The position numbers were made by a program, and so were the translations under genes. This document shows, piece after piece, positions 7,658 to 14,986 of a DNA stretch of 24,000 nt. The stretch comes from Spirosoma sordidisoli. Its GTDB lineage: Bacteria > Bacteroidota > Bacteroidia > Cytophagales > Spirosomataceae. Within the stretch, counting starts at the first letter, position 1. Every line of letters begins with the position of its first letter. The DNA is taken from positions 1,039,855-1,063,854 of the forward strand of contig NZ_SBLB01000001.1 of the NCBI RefSeq assembly GCF_004138325.1, in the 5' to 3' direction. The notes under the pieces are model-generated. The model made no database searches, was not told the DNA's origin, and saw nothing but the letters and a program-made list of their open reading frames with translations.

Positions 7658-8521
7658 ATGGATACCTTAATACAATTGCTCAGTGTATGTAGGTTAGCTC
7701 TAATTACACTATTTTTGCATTTTTCATCAACAGCTATTAGTGGAATAGTTATCTCTTTGCTAACAAGAGACAATATAGGGTCTGTATATTTAGAGTTATT
7801 AGCTAGAACATTTGTGGAGGTATTTTTTGCAGTAATTATCTTGTTCTTATATAACAAAAAATATACTAATAATATATATCAACAAATAAGTATAGTAAAT
7901 ATTAACAAATGTATTAACGTATCAGCAATAGCTACTGGCTTTTTCTTGTTTAATATATTTGTTATGTGGGTTTTATGCATCCAAAAATCCATATCAATCA
8001 ACCAAGAAATGAATGTTATAGATTTTTTCATATTTATGGTTCGAAGCATAGTTTTAGGTTTAAGAGGCTCCTTACTGGAAGAAATAATTTACAGGGGTTT
8101 TCTACAAAAAAAACTTATGAGTTATTCTTATAGGCTTAATTCTATTATTGTAAGTTCGTTAGTATTTAGTACAAGTCATCTAATCGGCATACAATCCTTT
8201 ACTGAAGGGCTTTGGACATTTGTCGACGTCTTTCTATTTTCTGTAGTTGTTGGCACCATATTCATCAAATATAATAGTTTCGTATATAGTTTTGCTTTTC
8301 ACTGGATATGGAATTTATTTATCTCCATGCACTGGGTATATGGAGATTGTAATTTACCAAAAAAAGACTATTTGTTTAGAACATACATATACTGTGATAA
8401 TTATTTATCTAATTTTGAATTCCTTAAACAAGCACCTATTACATACATACTCACCTCCTTTGCCTTCCTTTTTATATTAAATAAAAACCTAAGAGCATGT
8501 TTAAAAATTGAGAAAGTTTGA
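7658..8521 (+). CDS. CPBP family intramembrane glutamic endopeptidase (CAAX protease / Abi, PF02517-like)
   Basis: All three CPBP motifs are intact and in order: EExxxR (LLEEIIYRGF), FxxxH (VFSTSHL) and HxxxN (FHWIWNL). The protein has multiple hydrophobic helices. The gene has very low GC. Confidence 0.8.
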   Translation: MDTLIQLLSVCRLALITLFLHFSSTAISGIVISLLTRDNIGSVYLELLARTFVEVFFAVIILFLYNKKYTNNIYQQISIVNINKCINVSAIATGFFLFNIFVMWVLCIQKSISINQEMNVIDFFIFMVRSIVLGLRGSLLEEIIYRGFLQKKLMSYSYRLNSIIVSSLVFSTSHLIGIQSFTEGLWTFVDVFLFSVVVGTIFIKYNSFVYSFAFHWIWNLFISMHWVYGDCNLPKKDYLFRTYIYCDNYLSNFEFLKQAPITYILTSFAFLFILNKNLRACLKIEKV

Positions 8522-8559
8522 TAATCGTGTCAATTTTGTGGTCGACAAACTACAGAGCC

Positions 8560-8637
8560 ATGACCAAAGGGTGGAAGCCACTGACCGACTCTCAATGGGC
8601 CGTAATCGCTCCGGCGACAGCAAAACGGCAAAGCTAA
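8560..8637 (+). pseudogene. 25-codon remnant resembling the N-terminus of an IS5-type (DUF4096-like) transposase
   Basis: The region translates to MTKGWKPLTDSQWAVIAPATAKRQS then a stop. L(T/S)DxQWxxIxP is the usual start of DUF4096-type transposases. The downstream sequence does not continue the family in any frame. Confidence 0.35.
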
Positions 8638-8713
8638 ACAGCTCAAGCGCATCAAACCGGGCTTTTTTAATCCACCAGGCGGAGGCCCTATCCATGTACC
8701 TGGCTTCGAGTGG

Positions 8714-9526
8714 ATGGGGCTATTACTGGCGGGCTTGAAGAGCCACCCTATGGTTGCCTTCTTTCGCTGGTATACCACCTGGGTTGAGTACGCGCAAGAC
8801 CGCTTAAGAGTACGGTCGACCTTGTTAAGCCAAGCGGTCAGCGCCTTTGGCGGGCAACTCTGGCCTGTCTTCGACCAGGTTTATGCCGGTAAACGCTGGC
8901 TGGGGGAGCTACTCACCCAACGGGTGGGCTCTGTCCTACGCTGGCCTACACGGTATCAGTTGGTCGATGACAAGGGTCGGCGAGCGGCCTGGCAGATCGC
9001 CCGGCGCCGGACCGCCCAAGTGCGTCGCCGGGTGTGGGATACCCATCACCAGCAGTGGCGGACAGGAGCGGCCCTGGCGCTGGCCGTGAATCATCCGGAT
9101 TATCCTGATGAAGCGCTGTGGCTGGTTGTCTGCCGGCTGGGTAAAGGCAGGAAGCCCTGGTATCTGCTGACCAATTAGGCCTGTGATCAGGCGGATGTGC
9201 TGTGGTCGGTTGTGCTGGCCTACGCGCGTCGGTGGCAGATTAAGGCCTGCTGGCGCTTTTCCAAGAGTGAGTTGGCTCTTCAGTCACCCCGGCTATGGTT
9301 CTGGGCTAACCGGCTCAAGCTGATGATGATGGTAGCGTTGGTGTATGCCTTTTTACTGTCCTTGCTGATAACCAACCAACACTCTTACCGCCTGGTTTTG
9401 ATGCGAAGTTGGTGCCATCGAACCGGAAAGCGGTGCCAGTCTGCACTGACACCGCTTTATCGGCCACGAGCCGCCTTGGCTGCTCTGCTCACTACCTACC
9501 AAGTCATCACTCAAACTTCGGGATGA
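8714..9526 (+). pseudogene. IS4-family DDE transposase pseudogene (5'-truncated, in-frame stop, catalytic E lost)
   Basis: ORFs 8714-9178 and 9197-9526 share one frame and are separated only by a TAG at 9176-9178, within ...PWYLLTN*ACDQADVLWSVVLAYARRWQIK.... The IS4 signature Y-x2-R-x3-E-x6-K reads YARRWQIKACWRFSK, so the catalytic Glu is Lys (AAG at 9242-9244). The DRGFAG block reads DQVYAG. The region that should hold the first catalytic Asp is absent. Confidence 0.75.
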
Positions 9527-9542
9527 CTCATGTAACAATCAA

Positions 9543-10409
9543 TTACCTCCTGTCCTCGACGCTGTTGATCCAGTCTGGCAGTCCTGTTTCTGCAAGCCAG
9601 CTGTAGCTCTCCTGAAAAAACAACGCGATATGGGCGGTATCGGCGGCCTCTGAAATAGGCAACAGCGCCCCCTGCCAGTCCGGCCCGACGCGCCACTGGC
9701 CTGCCGAAAGCGCCGGTGCGGCCCCGAACCCGACGGCTTGCCCACGCTGGTAGCCCGACAGGTAAAAATAAGGTTCGCTGCACACCGAATCGGCGATGGC
9801 GTAGCCGGCCCAGATGGCTGCTTTTTCGCGTCCGTCGGGGTCGGTTTGGGCGTAGTACACACCCGTGTCGAAGTGGTGCGGCCAAATCCGAATGTCGCTC
9901 TCCCGACCGCTCCATTCGTTCAGGGTCTTTAACGCTGCGTTGGCGGTTGTTCGCCAATGCGCCCAGGTCAGCAACTCAGCGGGGCGTTTGTAAACGGCCT
10001 GTGCGGCAACGGGCGGCTGATCCAGCTGGTAGTTGAGCGGGTTACCGCCAGCCATACCCCAGGCCTGCATCTGACTCGTCCACCAAATCAGGGCGTCGGC
10101 CGGGGTTCGGTTTTCGGGCGAGAAGGTTGCCGAGATATGTTCCCGTTCGTCGATGAACTGCAACGTAAACGTGTTCATGTCAATGACCAGCCGTAGCTGG
10201 TGCCCGTTGTGGGTAAAGGGCCGGCCTTCGAGCCGGTGCCGGTCGCTGTTCCAGCACAGGTTCGTCTGGCTGTCGTCGGGTCGGGACGGCAACCACTGCA
10301 TAGCCGTCAGCGCCAGGAGCTGGGCGAGGCTGTGCAGGGTCTGGTCCGCCTGGTTTACCGCATTCATTGGTACGACCATTGGGGCAGTGGCGCGCTGGCC
10401 GTTACACAT
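9543..10409 (-). CDS. Hypothetical protein, DUF5996-like (remote, from memory)
   Basis: 288-aa ORF whose ATG overlaps the stop of the upstream Crp/Fnr gene (ATGTGTAA, 8-nt overlap). The blocks TLHSLAQLL, LRLVIDMNTFTLQFID, IRIWPHHFDTG, EPYFYLSGY and ALLPISEA...FFQESY parallel the order of conserved blocks I recall for DUF5996. Confidence 0.55.
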   Translation of the reverse strand: MCNGQRATAPMVVPMNAVNQADQTLHSLAQLLALTAMQWLPSRPDDSQTNLCWNSDRHRLEGRPFTHNGHQLRLVIDMNTFTLQFIDEREHISATFSPENRTPADALIWWTSQMQAWGMAGGNPLNYQLDQPPVAAQAVYKRPAELLTWAHWRTTANAALKTLNEWSGRESDIRIWPHHFDTGVYYAQTDPDGREKAAIWAGYAIADSVCSEPYFYLSGYQRGQAVGFGAAPALSAGQWRVGPDWQGALLPISEAADTAHIALFFQESYSWLAETGLPDWINSVEDRR

Positions 10410-11076
10410 TGAGCAAAGCCGGGTCGGTAATCCGGATCTGGCTACGGTCGTATTCCAGCATGCCCGCCAGCCGAAACTCGTTGAAAAGCTCGGTAACGGT
10501 TTGCCGGTTGCTGCAAATCATCCGGGATATATCCTTGTGCGAAAGGTAATTGGTAAGCACATTTGGCTGGCCCGGCTTGGCGTCTTTGTCGGCCCACTCT
10601 TTCAGAAACAACCGCAGCCGCGTCCGCACATCCTTGAACATCAGGTTGGCGTACCGATTCTGAAGCTGCCGAAAACGCAGGCCAATCAGTTTGGTATACC
10701 GGATGCCGAGCGCCGGGTTCTGCCGCATGATCTGTTCAAAATCAGACACCAGAAAGCTACAGAACGTAACATAATCGGACAGCACTACGGCGTACTGATT
10801 GCTGGCGTGGGGGGTCAGGGTAAACTGACCGAACAGATCGCCCGGCCGCAGAATCTCAATCAGTTGTTCGTCTCCGTCATTGTCCAGCTCAACCAGCTTC
10901 AGGATGCCCACTTTAATGGTGAAAATACGTTTTTCTTCCTGCGGAAGGGTAATCACGTCGCCTTTACGACCGGTACGAAAGTGGCTGAGGTAGGTCAGTT
11001 CATTCAGGTGATTACGTGACAATTCATCGAAAAGCTGATGATTGTGTAAGTACCAGTATTTTGCTTCAAAAGTCAT
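10402..11076 (-). CDS. Crp/Fnr family transcriptional regulator
   Basis: An N-terminal cNMP-binding beta-barrel (ILRPGDLFG) is followed by a C-terminal HTH (LSHKDISRMICSNRQTVTELFNEF). Confidence 0.85.
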   Translation of the reverse strand: MTFEAKYWYLHNHQLFDELSRNHLNELTYLSHFRTGRKGDVITLPQEEKRIFTIKVGILKLVELDNDGDEQLIEILRPGDLFGQFTLTPHASNQYAVVLSDYVTFCSFLVSDFEQIMRQNPALGIRYTKLIGLRFRQLQNRYANLMFKDVRTRLRLFLKEWADKDAKPGQPNVLTNYLSHKDISRMICSNRQTVTELFNEFRLAGMLEYDRSQIRITDPALLNV

Positions 11077-11175
11077 AATGAAGATCGGTTAACAGCTGAG
11101 CTGGTTGCCTGCCAGACACGTACCGGCAAGACATACAGCTGCATCTGGTTTAGTAATCGGTTCAAACGGCAGGGC

Positions 11176-11822
11176 TTACCCTTCCCGTTTCAGTTTGCCG
11201 TGCATGGCGTGGCGGAGCTTCTCGACTTTGGGCATCGATACGCGCTGAATATAGGGCTGGTCAGGATGCCGTTTGCAGTAATTCTGATGATACCGCTCGG
11301 CGGGGTAAAACACGGCGAAGGGGACAACCTCCGTTACGACCGGGCCAGCGTAGTGCTGAGCCGCATTGACCCGCTGAATGGCCGCCAGAATCTCCTGCTT
11401 CTCGGCGGGAGTGCGATAAAACGCCACTGACCGGTAATCCCGCCCCACATCGGGCCCCTGGCGGTTAAGCGTCGTTGTCGGTCGTGGCCCGCAAAAAATG
11501 CGTCCAGCAAATCGTGGTAGCTTATGAGGTCGGGATTGTAGTACACCTGCACCGATTCGGCATGACCCGTCTGGTCGGTACTCACCTGCTGATAGGTCGG
11601 ATTGGCTACGTGACCGCCCGAATAGCCCGACACTACCTCTCGAACACCCCGCAGCTGCTCGAAGCCTTCTTCCTGCGCCCAGAAGCAGCCACCCGCAAAC
11701 GTGGCGACGGCTTCGCCGGGTTTAAGCCTGGGCAAACCCGCCGGTGCTGTGTCCGGCTCCTGGGCCCAGCCCGGTTGACTCACGAGCCAAAACCCCAGTA
11801 TAATTAATTGTCTAAGTCGCAT
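11176..11822 (-). pseudogene. msrA: Peptide-methionine (S)-S-oxide reductase MsrA, interrupted by a 1-nt frameshift
   Basis: ORF 11334-11822 encodes a signal peptide, the GCFW active site and sequence through FFAGHD. ORF 11176-11448 continues in another frame with (PTTTLNRQGPD)VGRDYRSVAFY... A single missing C in a C-run (minus-strand CACGACCGACA where CACGACCCGACA is expected; plus-strand GG at 11480-11481) restores HDPTTTLNRQG. Confidence 0.85.
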
Positions 11823-11834
11823 GGTATAAGCCGT

Positions 11835-12344
11835 TCATGGTTTTTTGACAAATTCCAGCGCCACCCCGTTTATGCAATACCGCAGACCGGTGGGCGCCGG
11901 ACCGTCGTCAAAAACATGCCCCAGGTGAGCATCGCACACGGCGCATTGCACTTCGGTCCGAACCATGCCGTAGCTGGTGTCACTTACGTCTTTCACGATG
12001 GATTTACTGATCGGTTTGTAGAAACTGGGCCAGCCGGTTCCTGACTCAAATTTGGTGTCGGAGCTAAAGAGCGGCTCGTGGCAACCCGCGCAGCGATATA
12101 CGCCATGCGCATGGTTACTGGCCAGCGCGCTCGTAAAGGCGCGTTCGGTTCCGCGGTTGCGCATGACGGCGAACTGAGCGGGCGTCAGTACCTTCTGCCA
12201 CTCAGCCTCGGTCTTTTCGTACCGCCGGGGCGGTTTACCATCGTAGACGCTATAGGCTACCGGCCCAAAAGCGGATGCCAGCAGCCCGACAAAACCGATC
12301 AGGAGCAGTACGGCTAAGCGTTTCGATATGAGTTGTCGATGCAT
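11835..12344 (-). CDS. msrB: Peptide-methionine (R)-S-oxide reductase MsrB with N-terminal signal/anchor
   Basis: The zinc motifs CAGC ... CAVC and the catalytic RYCINGVAL motif are present. The N-terminal hydrophobic segment is [16 protein letters not shown]. Confidence 0.9.
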   Translation of the reverse strand: MHRQLISKRLAVLLLIGFVGLLASAFGPVAYSVYDGKPPRRYEKTEAEWQKVLTPAQFAVMRNRGTERAFTSALASNHAHGVYRCAGCHEPLFSSDTKFESGTGWPSFYKPISKSIVKDVSDTSYGMVRTEVQCAVCDAHLGHVFDDGPAPTGLRYCINGVALEFVKKP

Positions 12345-12367
12345 GATGTATGGGTTTGTTCATGGAA

Positions 12368-13063
12368 TTAATACAATACCGAGACGGGTAGCAGCGCGCT
12401 TACCTGATCGGCAATGTCGTGCGCCACGGCTCGCTTGGACTTCAGCCCGAAGCGGTGGATCGCGCCATTGCGATGAATGAGGGTTACCTGATTGGTGTCG
12501 TGGCCAAAGGCAGCTCCGGCATCTTTGAGCGAGTTGAGGACAATCAGGTCGAGGTTTTTACGAACCAGTTTGGCCCGGGCGTTAGCCAGTTCGTTGTCGG
12601 TTTCCAGCGCAAAACCAACCGTACATTGATCGTCGCGCTTCCGGGCGCCGAGGCTGGCCGCAATGTCGGCGGTCCTGACAAGCTCCAGGCTAAAGTCCGG
12701 CTCTTTCTTCTTGATTTTTCGGTCGGCTACTACCTTAGGCGTGTAGTCGGCCACGGCCGCAGCCAGTACCGTGATGGCGGCCGTTGGGAAGTGGTCCAGA
12801 CAGGCTGCGTACATCTGGGCCGCCGAGCGAACGTGCACCACCTGGATGGTTGGATACGCAACGGTCAGGTGGGTAGGACCGCTCACGAGCGTTACGCTGG
12901 CCCCGCGTTCGGCCAGCACGTCGGCGAGGGCGTACCCCATTTTGCCCGTCGAATGATTGCTGATGTACCGGACCGGATCGATGTCTTCCTGGGTGGGTCC
13001 GGCCGTGAGCAGGACGTTCAGGCCGGTCAGGCTTGTGTTGATGGGTGCAAATAAAGAGTCCAT
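12368..13063 (-). CDS. coaB: Phosphopantothenate--cysteine ligase domain protein (stand-alone CoaB, no CoaC half)
   Basis: 231 aa. LLTAGPTQEDIDPVRYISNHSTGKMGYALA ... AAAVADY ... VGFALET ... KNLDLIVLN aligns by eye with the C-terminal CoaB half of E. coli Dfp/CoaBC. No flavoprotein decarboxylase domain is encoded upstream. Confidence 0.85.
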   Translation of the reverse strand: MDSLFAPINTSLTGLNVLLTAGPTQEDIDPVRYISNHSTGKMGYALADVLAERGASVTLVSGPTHLTVAYPTIQVVHVRSAAQMYAACLDHFPTAAITVLAAAVADYTPKVVADRKIKKKEPDFSLELVRTADIAASLGARKRDDQCTVGFALETDNELANARAKLVRKNLDLIVLNSLKDAGAAFGHDTNQVTLIHRNGAIHRFGLKSKRAVAHDIADQVSALLPVSVLY

Positions 13064-13115
13064 TCGTTTGTTGGTTATGCGTGTTTGATGGCGCCAGGCC
13101 CGTGAGACCAGGCGC

Positions 13116-14225
13116 TTATTGTTTATCGTGCTGAGTCCGTTTCCAGATGCCGACGGCTTCGCAAAGGGTCATATAGGCGACACCCCGCTGGTGGTTTTCG
13201 CGGCTGATGTCATACAGCACACGCCAGTGGTGAAACAGCACCCGGTAGGCCTCCCACAGCGAGAAGCCGGGCTGGTAGATGTGTGCGGGTTCGGCACCGG
13301 CCCCGTTCAGCTCGAGAATCCGGATGTGCCGACCGGCGTACAGATCAGCCACAGTCCGGCAGCGCAGATCGTATCGGCCATAATAGAACCCCTCAATGGG
13401 CTGGCTGATGCGATCGAATACGCGGGTTAGCTCAGGCGTGATGAGGTGGTTGGCATCCAGAAATTTGGTTCCTTTGCTGTGGTTGCCGATAGACACCAGC
13501 GTCATCAGTTCGCCCGGGGCCGGTATCTCATGGAACCGGTTACCGTAGCGGGCCGTCAGGGCGGGTAGCTGCAGAATGGCCCGCTCGTTTTGTCGGATGA
13601 GGGCTTCGATGCAGTCGCGTCCGTTCCCCCGAATGGTCAGGAATTCTTTCTGAACAATCGACGAAATTACTCCCTGTAGCTGCCCGGGAAACCGGTAGTA
13701 AAACACGCCCAGTTCGAGTGGTTCGTCGACATATTCCTGAATCAGAAAATCGCCGGGGCTGCTCTGGCTGTAGTTGACCAGGCTCTCCCAGTCCCCGATC
13801 GTCTCGACCCGCCAGCCGCGTTCGCCCACGTTGGGTTTGGCAATTAAGGGGTAGGTCAGGCCCTGATCGGCCATCTGCGCAAAAACGGTATCGAGCTGGG
13901 TGGAGGCCGAAACGAACAGCGTCTTCGGCTTGAATTCGGCGCTGATGCGGTCCAGAATACCGGCCTTCGACTCACCCAGCAGCCCACCCGTTTCGATGGA
14001 TGGGTTGGCAGCCGAGAAGAAAAATAGCGACCGGGCCCTGATCGACAGCCAGATGTGGTAGATGAATACCGGGAAATACACCACCGCAAACGGCCAGTAC
14101 TCCCACGACCGCAGGCGGATAAAAAACGGGGTAGCAAGCCGCAGCCGGGCTAACCGGGCCCGCAACGGTTGCCCGAGCGAGGCAGACACCCCGGGGCGTT
14201 GGTCGAGTGAACTAAGCGATTGCAT
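13116..14225 (-). CDS. Membrane-anchored ATP-grasp fold ligase (RimK/GshB-like), function unknown
   Basis: An N-terminal hydrophobic helix (WPFAVVYFPVFIYHIWL) is followed by ATP-grasp landmarks: LIAKPNVGERG, FLIQEYV and ILELNGAGAEP (ExN metal ligands). Confidence 0.65.
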   Translation of the reverse strand: MQSLSSLDQRPGVSASLGQPLRARLARLRLATPFFIRLRSWEYWPFAVVYFPVFIYHIWLSIRARSLFFFSAANPSIETGGLLGESKAGILDRISAEFKPKTLFVSASTQLDTVFAQMADQGLTYPLIAKPNVGERGWRVETIGDWESLVNYSQSSPGDFLIQEYVDEPLELGVFYYRFPGQLQGVISSIVQKEFLTIRGNGRDCIEALIRQNERAILQLPALTARYGNRFHEIPAPGELMTLVSIGNHSKGTKFLDANHLITPELTRVFDRISQPIEGFYYGRYDLRCRTVADLYAGRHIRILELNGAGAEPAHIYQPGFSLWEAYRVLFHHWRVLYDISRENHQRGVAYMTLCEAVGIWKRTQHDKQ

Positions 14226-14934
14226 AAGCGGGTCGGATGGTTTGCTGGCTGAACGTAGACTGCGTAAAATCTTCGTAGATAAACTCGGCGTCCCCGTCCT
14301 GCTGCACGATGCTCGTCAGGCTGATGGTCAGCAACGCATGCTGCCGATTCATACGGATACTGGTTTCGGCATCACCATCACCGGCCGACTGGTGAAAATG
14401 CCGGATGTCATCAACCGTCGGGTTGGGGTGTTGCGGTAGCCAGTCTCCAAACCAGCCTTCGCGCTTCTTGATCATGTCGGGCGTGTAGAGGGTCACCGAC
14501 GACCAGATGTGGGCGCGGTTGGGGTCTTTTTCGTGCGTGAACAGCCGCTGTCCAGTCCAGCGGAGTTCGGTCAGACGCTCTGCTTCGGCAACCAGCAGGG
14601 TAAACGGTTCGATGTGGCCGAAGTCGTAGGCGGCCGAGAACGCGTTGATGGACGGATAAGTGAAGAAGTGCGGAATAACCAGCCCCCGGCTCTGTTTATA
14701 GGCCGGTTGCACCTGGTGCGGCACGAAGGCACCGTTGAGTAGGCAAACGGTGGTTCGGGCTGAGCTGGCAATCCAGGTACCCTGGCTCTGCGGGTCCTGC
14801 GGGAAGATTACGGCCTGGTCGCCAATCGAAAACGCTTTGGGTGGGCGCGCGGTCGGCCGAATCGCTTTCTCGTCCCGGCTGTGAGTCAGGATAAAGCCGT
14901 TGGTGGTAAGGGGTACATAGGTGGCGGTACACAT
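14212..14934 (-). CDS. NRDE family protein (TANGO2 homologue, PF05742-like)
   Basis: The protein starts MCT... and has SRDE at residues 19-22, in the position of the NRDE motif. At 240 aa the length is typical. Its stop lies 14 nt inside the ATP-grasp ORF. Confidence 0.7.
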   Translation of the reverse strand: MCTATYVPLTTNGFILTHSRDEKAIRPTARPPKAFSIGDQAVIFPQDPQSQGTWIASSARTTVCLLNGAFVPHQVQPAYKQSRGLVIPHFFTYPSINAFSAAYDFGHIEPFTLLVAEAERLTELRWTGQRLFTHEKDPNRAHIWSSVTLYTPDMIKKREGWFGDWLPQHPNPTVDDIRHFHQSAGDGDAETSIRMNRQHALLTISLTSIVQQDGDAEFIYEDFTQSTFSQQTIRPAYAIA

Positions 14935-14986
14935 AATCGGGCTGCTTGATTACCTGTTTTATAGTCAAGCAACGTACCAGCCTTTG

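Larger units (their letters stand above)
7051..8534. other. AT-rich, probably horizontally acquired two-gene insert
   Basis: Hand-counted G+C is 9/60, 18/60 and 22/60 for the lines starting 7861, 7921 and 8041. The flanks give 30/60 (6541) and 46/60 (9661). GTGTCAAT occurs at both edges (7051-7058 and 8527-8534). IS debris lies immediately to the right. Confidence 0.5.

Noticed and set aside
7059-8526. Terminal inverted repeats just inside the GTGTCAAT direct repeats, which would mark a non-autonomous transposable element.
   Set aside because: Only TTATC is shared between the two inner ends (AGCTTATCC... against the reverse complement GATTATCAA...), which is too short to be meaningful.
8508-8778. 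Three overlapping small ORFs (8501-8695 on the minus strand, 8508-8738 on the plus strand, 8530-8778 on the minus strand) at the island/IS junction.
   Set aside because: They lie in degenerate IS-derived sequence, overlap one another, and have no motifs. I treat them as debris rather than genes.
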